Assembly (NCBI GenBank): GCA_030141605.1
Contig: JAQGDQ010000554.1
Coordinates: 79,660 to 143,659, forward strand
DNA from: Tubiluchus corallicola
Taxonomy: Eukaryota > Animalia > Priapulida
Direction: 5' to 3'
DNA: 64,000 nucleotides
Positions 54,102-64,000 of the stretch are shown here, piece by piece (within the stretch, counting starts at the first letter, position 1; every line of letters begins with the position of its first letter). The notes beneath the pieces are model-generated. The model made no database searches, was not told where the DNA came from, and was given only the letters and a program-made list of their open reading frames with translations. The translations under genes and the position numbers were made by a program.

Positions 54102-57100
54102 AAGCGACCATTCATGAAAATTATCGGTCGTCAGAGTGGTCGCATGATCCTAGACCGAATTATTCCAATTCTTCTTTTAATGCACCCGACAAGTCTAAAT
54201 TTCAACAAACTGTTTCAGAAACAAAATATATTTCTATTGCATCCATAGAAACGACGGCTCCATTTTGTAATATTAAAATTCATGATTATCCTTGTACAGC
54301 TATCTTAGATACAGGAGCAGAAGTTAGTGTTTTAGATAGCACCACTTTCCATAAACTCCCAACAGAAGTACAAAAAACCCTTACGTCCCCTGAAGATAAT
54401 TTTGTTTTAAATACTGCTTCAAAAAGCACGTTAAAAATATTAGGTAAATGCATTTTAACTGTTACCATAGGAAAACAGAAATTGGAAAATTTGTTTTATA
54501 TCGTAGATCAACTTTCAAAACCTGTAATTTTAGGTTATAACTTTTTCAAAAACACCCAAGCAGCAATAGATATTGCCAACGGAATTTTAGTCATAAATCA
54601 AGAGGTACTTAAATTAGCTCCCCCGAGCGAAAAACGCATCTTTTTGGTCAAAGCCGCCACTGCTTTATTAATTCCCCCAAAATCTTGTGCACTTGGCAAG
54701 GCGTATATCACAGGAAATTTTCATAAGAATGATGAATGCGTTCATACTTTAGAACTCCTTAAAGCGAACGTATTACCTATTTATAAAGAAACCACATGTG
54801 ACATAGTTCCCAGTATTGTGAATATGTATAAGAAACAAGTTTATGTACCCTTATACAATGACGGTGACAAGGATGTAATTGTATCTCGGAATGACATTTT
54901 AAGTCTTGCAGTTGAACAAGACCCAACAGTTATGTATCAAGTTTCAAATATTGCTAAATGCACGGAAGTTATGAACTCGATACAACAAATAGCTTCGCAA
55001 CTTCAGAATGAAATTTTCCCTAAAATAAATACAACGGATAAGGGAAATTCCTTGCCAAAATATGTTCGTAGACTTCACGTTCAGACACTGGACCATGTGA
55101 CGAAATACGGACCACCACAAGATTACAGATTACAACAGACACCTTACAAGACTGAAGCCATCTTGTATAATACTCCAAATATAATACATTCCATTGATGA
55201 AAATATAGAAGCTAAACCTACTTCAAATAAACGAAGACGGAAACGGCTACAAAAGCATATTAAACAACAATTCGTTCGTATGATGTCATCGGAAAGCTTA
55301 CTAAAAGAATTAAAATTAGATAACATTACAGACCCCGTACTTAAGGAAAGACTCACTAAATTGCTTCTTAAATATGCAGATTGTTTTGCTGAAGATCCCA
55401 TAGACGCCCCGGGTACGTCGGAAATTGATTATTAAAATAAGAATGACAGATTATACACCTTATCACGCTAAACCGTACCCTATACCTATAAATTTGGAAT
55501 CAGTGGTTAAACAGTCTATAGACACTATGTTAAAGGCAAAAGTCATAGTCCCAGCTGAGAATTCTAGTTATGCAAGTCCCATTCTGTTAGTTCCAAAAAA
55601 AGATGGAGGGAAGAGATTATGTGTAGATTTGAGGCAAATCAATGCACGTACACTCCCTGACCCCTACCCACAACCGAACGTCGAAACATTATTTAAAGAA
55701 TTAAAAGGTGCTAGTATATTCTCCTCTCTAGATATGACAAATGCATATTTTCAGATACCAGTTGAACCCGACAGTCAACCTTTTACAAGCTTTGTCAGCC
55801 CGTATGGCTTATTCCAATTTACAAAAATGCCTTTTGGTTTGAAGAATGCACCAGCTACATTTTCCAGATTAGTAGACCGCCTTTCACGTGACTTAATAAC
55901 ACCCGCGGGTAGGAGACGCTTAATTGCTTATCTAGACGACCTTGTCTGTTGCAGTCCGGATATTGAAACCCATTTTTCCGATTTAGAAGATTTATTTTTG
56001 AGATTACGGAAAGCAAATTTAAAATGCCGACCCAGGAAATGTTTTTTCTTACAAAAATCTATTAAATATTTAGGCCACGTTTTGTCTGAACAAGGCATTG
56101 CCACAGATCCGGCAAAGGTGTTAGCTATTAAGAATGTTTCACCACCCACAGATATTAAAAAGCTAAAAACTTTTTTAGGTCTAGCCACTTATTATCGCAA
56201 ATTCGTCAAAAATTTTGCGATAATAGCTGAACCATTATTAATGTTATTAAGGAAAGAAAATTCGTTTAAATGGACACATTTACAACAAGAGGCTTTTGAC
56301 AAACTGAAAACAGTTTTAACTGAAGCACCAATCTTGAAATATCCGGAGACTAATACAGGTTATATTCTCCATACCGATAGTTCGAACTTTGGCATAGGCG
56401 CTGTTCTTTCGCAAGAAGATGCAGCTGGAAATATCGGAGTGATCGCATACATGTCGGAAACACTAAACAGCTCACAAAGATTATGGCCTACATTTCAAAA
56501 GGAAGCATACGCCATCGTAGCTAGCTTTAGAAAATTTAAAACATATCTATATAACGCGCCAAAAATCGATGTTTATACGGATCATGCACCGTTAATTTAT
56601 TTGTTTACAGGTGCTAAATTAATGAATCAATTACTGTCTCGATGGGTAGTTGAGCTATTACAGTATAATATTAATATTTATTACCAAAAAGGTTCAGAAA
56701 ACACAGTTGCAGACGCGTTAAGTCGACTACCTGCATGTCCAGATTTTATAGGAACGCTCCCAATATCCTTTAGGGATTTTCAACAACAGTTTCTACAATA
56801 TAATTCGCCTGAAAGATTAGCAGAGAAATATAAATACTTAGTAGATCAGAAATCTACTTCAGAGCGCAGTAAAGGTATTAAAACTACAGAGATGATTGCC
56901 CAAATCAGCCAACAAATGTCAGGTCAAACTGAATTAGAAAACTACTCAGATCAGACAATAATTAAAAAGGTACTACCTATAGAGGGTAACATTTTAGAAG
57001 AAAATATTTGGACAGGTGAAGACCCATTGTTAAACAGACCAACGGTCGAATCAGCTGGCAATGAAAACGCTCCAACTCAAATTCCATTACCAGCACAAGA

Positions 57101-58892
57101 AACCTCCTCATCGGACAACCCAGCCACTCAATTAGAACAAAGTGAAACTGAACATGACCTGGACGAATTCGATGCATTACCTTTAGATCTAACGACAGTA
57201 CAGCAATGGCAATTATCAGATCCTAAATTAGCACCAATTATTCATGCCTTAACCTCACCTACAGAAACTGATATTCAAACAAAACATGCAGAAAATTTCT
57301 ACATTGATGAGCAGGGATTATTGTATAAAGTTGAAAATGACTCCATTAATTTAGAACAGGAAAATTTACGGTTAGCCATTCCAGCGAAATTAACAAGTAT
57401 TTTAATTAGAGGCTTTCATGACGAATTTGCTGGACATTCTTCAGTAAAAAGAACATATGAGCGTTTGAAGAAACGATATTACTGGCCCGGCATGTTTGTA
57501 CAAATTAAGAAACATGTAGATCAGTGTTTGAACTGTCAAACACGGCGTATGAGACCGCATCGTAAACCTTTAGGTATCACAGAATTAGCCAGTAAACCCT
57601 TTGAAAATGTATATTTGGATATCTTAATTTTACCCCAGACAGAATCTGGTTATAAATATTTACTAGTTTTAATAGATCAATTAAGTAGCTGGATAGAGGC
57701 CTTTCCTTTAATTGATAAATCAGCTAACTCAGTTGCTAATGTCATCCTTACAGAATATTTCTCTCGTCACGGAGCAAGTAAAACCTTTTTCAGTGATCAG
57801 GGAACAGAATTCAATAATGCTTTATTAAAAGCTTTACTAAAAGAATTTAGGGTTGTTCAAGTATTAGGAACACCGTACCACTCGAATTCACAAGGCCAAG
57901 TTGAACGCGCTAATCGCACTATTATTCAACAATTAGCATATGTTTGTCAACAAAAGTCCACAGATTGGATTAAATATCTGCCGCATGTATTATTCGCCCT
58001 TAGAACAACTCCAAATTCAATAACGGGGTACAGTCCATTTTTTTTAATATATAATCGCCACTGCGATTTGCCACTCGATAATATCCTTCAACTTAGATCT
58101 AAATATTACGGATCTGATCCAATTAGACTGGATCTAAATCGTTTGCATGAAGCCTTTCTGCAAACCCGACAACTGATGCATAAAAATCGTCTAGCCCACA
58201 AAAAACGCTATGATAAAAATACGCATATACCTCTTTTCAAAATTGGTGATCCAGTTTTCTTACGTAAAGGTAATTTAGACCCTGCTGAATCACATAAACT
58301 ATGTCGACCGTGGGCCCCATATTATGTAATAGTTAATAAAATTGATGAATCCCGTCTTAGAATTGTCCATAATAACACAGGCAAGTTTAAAATAGTGCAC
58401 CCAAACCGGTTACGAAAGGCAAATTTGCAAGGAAATCAATGGCTGCTACCAACAGGAACGTCGTCGCATTCCAAGCGAACTTCAAAACGAAAATCCACAT
58501 TACATTACGTCCCGGAAACTCTTTCAGACACTGATTCAAATAACCTAATAAATGAGATCCAACCTGACCAAACCCCCATCGCAACCCCGCCCCCGAACTT
58601 GGATTTCTATGAAAATGAACCCCAACCTAACATTTCACCCAGTTCGTCAAATACTACACTTCATTCTTTGCCAACTTTAGAACGTATAGATCCGATGGAA
58701 GAGGAGAATTTAATTCAAACCGAAACAGATTATGCAATGCCAGTAGACAACTTAATTCCCCCCCTCGCAAACCGTTCTATAAAACGCTCATCAGACGCCG
58801 ACACGCCTGGTAAGCGTGCCAGAATTAATTTAATTAAGTTGCAAAAACCAGGCATCTTTAAAACATTACGCCGAAAATTTTGCAAACAATAA
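54086..58892 (+). CDS. pol: Pol polyprotein (protease-RT-RNase H-integrase), -1 frame relative to gag, broken by one +1 frameshift at ~55430
   Basis: Frame opens at 54086; AILDTGAEVSV protease; RLCVDLRQIN, MPFGLKNAPATF, YLDD (RT); TDSS, TDHAPL, ADALSR (RNase H); HHCC (FHDEFAGH..CLNC) and D,D,E (LDIL, SDQGTEF, VERANR) integrase. Confidence 0.93.
54092..54158 (+). promoter_or_regulatory. gag-pol -1 ribosomal frameshift signal: G GCA AAC followed by a stem/pseudoknot
   Basis: The pol frame is open only from 54086 and gag stops at 54101. Stem 54104-54113 (GCGACCATTC) pairs with 54134-54143 (GAGTGGTCGC); loop TCGGTC 54124-54129 can pair with GACCGA 54153-54158. Confidence 0.75.
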
Positions 58893-59113
58893 CTAAAATA
58901 ATATTAATGTTACAGTTAAAGTTACCATGTATTATAAGGTCATACTTTAACGTTTAATATTACTGTTACAATCAAAGCATTTTTATATTATAAGGTAATA
59001 CCTTAGTGCTATAAAATAGAATAGTACCATTTTAAGGACGAGAACGTCATCAATCATGTTTCTTTATGTATAAGGTAAGTACAAGTTTTATGTATAACGA
59101 AAGTGTTTAGAGT

Positions 59114-59359
59114 ATGAACATTTTTCGATTCCCGGGAGAGCATTTCCCGTGTGTGACGTTTAAATGTCACATACGGCATGCTTATGCATATCGAGGCTGT
59201 TCATGCAACTATTTTATTAAAACATTTAGTATGAGTTCAAAACATTTAGTACCAGTTCAAGCCCGGACACGACTTAACACCACAAGAATATATATCGGTA
59301 AGTACATTACGAACATTAACATGAAGCCGTCCCCCCCCCTCACTCATGACTTTACATAG
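59114..59359 (+). CDS. Small 81-aa ORF downstream of pol (possible accessory protein)
   Basis: ATG-initiated ORF with a Cys/His cluster in the N-half; no recognised family. Confidence 0.2.
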   Translation: MNIFRFPGEHFPCVTFKCHIRHAYAYRGCSCNYFIKTFSMSSKHLVPVQARTRLNTTRIYIGKYITNINMKPSPPLTHDFT

Positions 59360-59368
59360 AAGGCGATC

Positions 59369-59550
59369 AGACTTTCATTTTCTTAATTTATGACACGCGG
59401 ACTCTTAAGAAGTTTCACTAAGAAACCGCGCTGAGCCACGCAGGCGTCGTGTTTCATTCATGACTTTCACTTTCGTAATTTACGACCCAGGATTCCCAAG
59501 CTTTAAGAATACTTCTCTCCTAGAAGCCATATAAAGATCGTGTTTCATTC
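59369..59550 (+). repeat. Imperfect ~92 bp direct repeat in the pol-env interval
   Basis: GACTTTCA.TTTC.TAATTTA.GAC at ~59370 and ~59462; TCGTGTTTCATTC at ~59447 and ~59538. Confidence 0.7.
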
Positions 59551-60665
59551 CTACTGATACATGCTGGGTACATACACGGCAACGAACCATATGAGCGCTA
59601 AAAGTCTTAGCCCATAAAATGGCCCCCCGTGAATGACGCCCAATGTTATGCTTCTAAACGTCACATAAACTTACACTGGGGCTTACCACGCCTAAAGACA
59701 CTCAGAGACTTTTATTTAATGCGCTTCCCTTCAGATAATGTAGCGTATAAATTTACTTAACAACTACACAAGTTCCAGAGAGGGATATTGCTTAAATGAT
59801 TCAAGAATATTTGCACAACGTTCTAATGATTGACAGAATAATTGTGTATTGCTGTAACGATTTTAAAGAATATTTCAAAAAGAGTATTTAGATATTGTTT
59901 TATCGACATTAGGAGGATATCTTACGGTATATCACTAAGTGTAATTAAATAAATACTTAACACAGCAACGAACATTTACGCTGTATTACTCTATAAAAAG
60001 AATTTCTATTCAACAAGCCCCATTGAAGTACTAGAACGAATAACCAACATATTAAACTAAGATTATAGCTAGATTAAACTCGGAATTTCTAATTCAGATA
60101 ACCGACTTGAATAAATGTATTGATCAAACGTTTTAGTCTAGAGTTTTAATTACTACAATCATTTCAAAACGGATAAAAATGACCATTTATAACTTATACA
60201 TTTTAAATTCTAACGACCATTTACGAGAAAGTTAAAACCAACTAACTGTCAGAAAATATAATCCATCTCACGTTTAGCTATAATTCAACTCACCCCTAGT
60301 TAATTACGGCAAATTACGCGCATCACTAGACAATGATAAAAGATTATATATAGTCTAGACAAGTGTCTGTTAAAACCGAACGCGCGGACTCATCAACGCA
60401 GAGTATTATCACCAAATTAGTAATTCTTCATGCAGTAGAAAAAAAAAGGTATTTTCCTTGTAGACTCTAATCAGCGAATATTCGATTATTGTATAATGAC
60501 TTATGATGCTAAATACAAACATACCTTCCTTGCGATCCGCCTTGATCCATAATGCATAGTCACACTTCTATATATATATGATATGTCCACATAAAGGATA
60601 AATATTTTTTTTTCTTTTCAAATTTTAGGATTTTTTTTAAATTTTTTTTTAATTTTCCACTTTTC

Positions 60666-61220
60666 TTAGCACTTCACCGCTAACCACCTTTCTTCCGTTC
60701 CCTCCTCCCAGTTGCGTTTATATACTCTCATCACCCGTGCCAGGTCCCATATTGTTATTATGTTATGTGCCGCGGTGCAGATACAAAAATTCTCTCGGTT
60801 GATAAAGCGGACCCGGCCGGGCGCGTATTTGGTCAGTAAATTTGCCATAACTGGCATCCCATGAATACTGCTCAGTTTTAGCACCACTAGTTCTTCCTGT
60901 AAAAGGAATATAAATCTTTATTAAAAGTCCTCGAGACAAATTTTCTTTTAACTGCAGAATTAGCAATCTAGTGATTTTAACATAATAGTCCTTACCTCAA
61001 AAAAAAAAAACAAAACAAAAAAAAAACCATTACTTACTCCATCAATGATGGACTTGCCGCAGAAAAGCTCGCATGTGCCAGGCAAGTACGTCATTTTTAG
61101 AGCACGACTAAGTTGGTCATGCAACTGTGCCCGTTCATCCAAAACATCGTAAAAGTTCCCGCTCGTAATTTCGAGCTCTACTGCCAATAAGTAGGCATCT
61201 CTCGGTACTTCACATTCCAT
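60666..61220 (-). CDS. Candidate spliced antisense accessory gene inside the retroelement: complement(join(60666..60896,61038..61220)), 137 aa, unknown function
   Basis: AAAATGG start at 61220; GGA|GTAAGT donor at 61037; tattccttttacag|GAA acceptor at 60897; the 141-nt low-complexity intron removes the only in-frame stop; both exons are more GC-rich than their flanks. Confidence 0.6.
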
Positions 61221-61330
61221 TTTTATTATTATTTTGAAACTAGTAAAACTGGTGAAACTAGAAAAAAAACTGAATACTTTGCACAACTGATTAAGACGCC
61301 TTGACCACACGAACAGAAATTACGAAGAGG

Positions 61331-61361
61331 GACTGACCAACAACTGCAAGTCTCTTTTATG
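61331..61361 (-). promoter_or_regulatory. Candidate core promoter of the antisense gene (CATAAAAG plus Inr TCAGTC)
   Basis: Minus-strand CATAAAAG at 61361-61354 and TCAGTC at 61336-61331, about 27 nt apart, ~115 nt upstream of the ATG. Confidence 0.4.
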
Positions 61362-61921
61362 TGAGAGGCCTGGGAACTTTCGTATACTGCGTATAGAATT
61401 TGACTCCGTTTGGGCCCCAATGCTCATTACTAAGCGATAAAAGTACTAATAGTGAAAACCCTAGACGCAAAACCGAAGCTTAACGACCATTCTGATCTAC
61501 AACTTATCCTGAGAAAGGGGACTGCAAAATCTTTTCCCACGGACATTAACTGGCTTTAAGAAGAAAGATGAATTGTTTTTACTATTAGCTGTCCAGGCCA
61601 AAATTATTGCAAGTGGACACGTGCTTCACTCGCCCCCCTTTGATCAACGCTGATCGGATTTCAAGACTCACCAAATAAGTCGAGATTGTTAATTGAGCCA
61701 CACTTATTTACGCATGCGCACATGCGCCAGGGATACACCTTTAAAATAACTGTCCGTTACCTACTAAATCCATTCATCCAGATTTTTCTTATAGTAAGGG
61801 ACTCTGAATAGACGTTAAGATAATTTTGCCTTGAATACACATTAATCTTAATAATTTTTGCTGTGAATACATGTTAATCTCACCATCTCATAATTTGAAT
61901 TTTTGTGAAAAAAAAAAGAGT

Positions 61922-64000
61922 ATGGAACTTTCAGGAAATACGTAAGTTTATCTTAAATTTATTCTAACCTTACTAATTTAGAGTCATAGAAATGATCTGT
62001 ATAGGACAACCTGAATAATATTCCTTTTGAATTTTTTTTCCAGGACCAGTACTACAAACCTTTTATACAAAATCCTAATATTGGCAATATTCTTAAATCT
62101 GTACATTCTAATTCCTTACAATCATTCCCAAATCCAGCTCCCTTTAAAACAGGCCCAGGGGTTATATTTAAACAGAAATTAAATACTCCAGTTTCTAATG
62201 CAAGATGGCTACTTATTGCGCCGATACAGTTGGACCACATTCAAGAATTTCTCACTAGAACGCTTTCCGAAATTCAACAATTAAGATTAATTAAAAAACC
62301 TGTCACAGTGATTAAAGCCTTTAAAACTGCTATTAAAAATAGAATCAGAAATCAACAATTTCGTTTAAATTCCATTAAGAATTTAATAGCCTCGTCTGCC
62401 CATGAATCTCACGTCGTCAAACGAAGCATTTTTCCGAATCTAGGAAAGGCATTCAAATTTTTAATCGGAACCGCGAGTGAAGAAGATCTTCGAAATCTTC
62501 AAGATCAGATTACGAGTATCTTTAATACGCAACAAAACACGCAAGATATTTTAGAAAATAACCTAGCCCTTATCAATAGCTCGCTAATTCGCTCTGCTAG
62601 AAATACAGAGTTAATTTATGACTTAGTGAACGCATCAGTTCAAACTCGACATTACATTAACAAACTGTCAAAACAGTTTACTGATGACTTGACTAAAACT
62701 CAACATAAATTGTTTACATTCTTGCAAACAAATTTGCTGTTTGATCACTTTATCTATAGCTTAGAAATCATTGATCAAGAATTGAATTCGTTATCCCAAG
62801 GTTTACATCAACTAATTCTTAATAAATTACCCCCAACTTTAATAACCCCTATACACCTTCAAAAGTCTCTTAAACAAATTGAGGACCAGCTACCACAGAG
62901 CCTAATATTTCCAGCCGATATAAATAATCAATTATTCTATTATTACGAAACAATGTCGGCATTACCTATTCAAATTCCCGGAGGGTTTGCTATCCTAACA
63001 ACATTAGATTTATATCATGTCAATCACATCTATCAAATTTTTGAAGCAATATCGATCCCAGTCCGTCGGACATCAACCAATATTAATAAACCTGTTTATC
63101 TATATAACCAAATTGATCATCAGTATATTGCTACGAATATTGAGCAGTCACTATATTTTTTCCCAGCCAAAGATGAAGCCTTTGCTTGTATTCAAAGCCC
63201 AAAACGTATCTGTAAGTTAGCACCAACGCCAATTTTTCCTGCAGATAGAATAGAATCATGTACAGCGGCATTGTTTTTCAAGGACACTATTAAAATAGAT
63301 TTATTTTGTGATCAACGAGCAAGAATTATTAATAAACTTGGACCAGTTATTATACCTCTAACTGAGAATACTTATTATATTAGCCCGAGTTTTGAAATTC
63401 AAGCCATAAAATCTTGTTACGTACCCCGCCAGGCTCATAAGATTGGCACCCCCCTCACCATCAAGAACCCGATGATCCTGCAGTTAGAATCAGGGTGTGG
63501 CCTATCTTCTAAATATGCAAATTTACCAATATATTTTAAGAATCATTCAGACCTTACTTTAACTCAAACGGACATCCAAACAATCTTAGATACGGCACTT
63601 AATTTAAGTACTTGGAACGTTGATTTATTAGGAAGTAATTTTACGATAGGAACACTTCAAACACTGCAAGCTCTGCCGTCACGAATGACAGAGGATGAAC
63701 CACTTGACTTTTCTCTTAAAGGTAGTCAAAATCTCTTATTAAAACGACAGAAGTTTTTGGACCACACTGATGAATTATTCAAAACCAAACCGGTTGACTT
63801 TTCCAATCATAAGGGTGCATCATTGACAACATACTTATTTATAGCACTTATTATAATCTTTATTATAATTTATGTGACTTGTCGTACGAAAATTAAGACA
63901 GCATGTTGCCCCCGTCTTATAAACACCAAACCAACTTCTACCAAGGCTAAACCACCCCGCGGTACCCATTCTAACAAACCCAATACTCCGCCTATGACAC
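61922..64000 (+). CDS. env: Env-like class I fusion glycoprotein (baculovirus F / errantivirus Env type), 3'-partial. Proposed join(61922..61941,62044..>64000) with a -1 frame change after the signal peptide
   Basis: Stop-free frame 62005->64000 (~665 codons). VVKR|SIFPNLGKAFKFLIGTASEED cleavage site and fusion peptide at ~62413-62487, heptad-repeat helix, NKLPPTLITP, Cys cluster, five N-glycosylation sequons, TM YLFIALIIIFIIIYVTC (~63832-63882), basic tail. Strong acceptor ttttttttccag at 62043. Confidence 0.88.

Larger units (their letters stand above)
51952..64000 (+). mobile_element. Ty3/gypsy LTR retrotransposon carrying an env gene (errantivirus-like endogenous retrovirus); 3' end lies beyond the window
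   Basis: Putative LTR, PBS, gag, PR-RT-RH-IN order typical of Ty3/gypsy, then a fusion-protein ORF. The left boundary is approximate because the 3' LTR is not visible. Confidence 0.92.

Noticed and set aside
53147-58584. Antisense ORFs overlapping gag/pol
   Set aside because: Short shadow ORFs of the coding strand without promoter or splice support
59610-60420. Long decayed or stop-recoded sense ORF in the pol-env interval
   Set aside because: Translation looks protein-like in patches but stop density is about what AT-rich random DNA gives
60300-60580. Second antisense gene (TATA, ATGGATCAAGG..AAG|GTATGT)
   Set aside because: Start and donor are plausible but I found no acceptor leading into a sustained open frame

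Overview
AT-rich eukaryotic (invertebrate animal) genomic DNA with GT-AG introns; the host cannot be identified from the sequence alone. Left half: a complete 10-exon SARM1 (ARM-SAM-SAM-TIR NADase) gene on +, about 866 aa, with several candidate in-frame cassette exons in the SAM-TIR linker intron. Middle: three single-exon CDSs (a PhnW-type 2-aminoethylphosphonate transaminase with a mitochondrial-type leader, a GT31 beta-1,3-galactosyltransferase, an orphan class A GPCR) among LINE/SINE/MITE/solo-LTR debris and microsatellites. Right end (about 51.95 kb to the window end): a near-intact Ty3/gypsy LTR element with gag, a -1 frameshift pol and an F-type (class I fusion) env ORF that is missing from the ORF track because it runs off the window. 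The element has an unusual ~3 kb pol-env interval. That interval holds a candidate spliced ANTISENSE gene (137 aa, with TATA-like/Inr, GT-AG intron and polyA-like signals) and a candidate internal bidirectional promoter, which suggests a complex-retrovirus-like organisation in an invertebrate endogenous retrovirus. All calls come from manual reading and translation; no searches were run.
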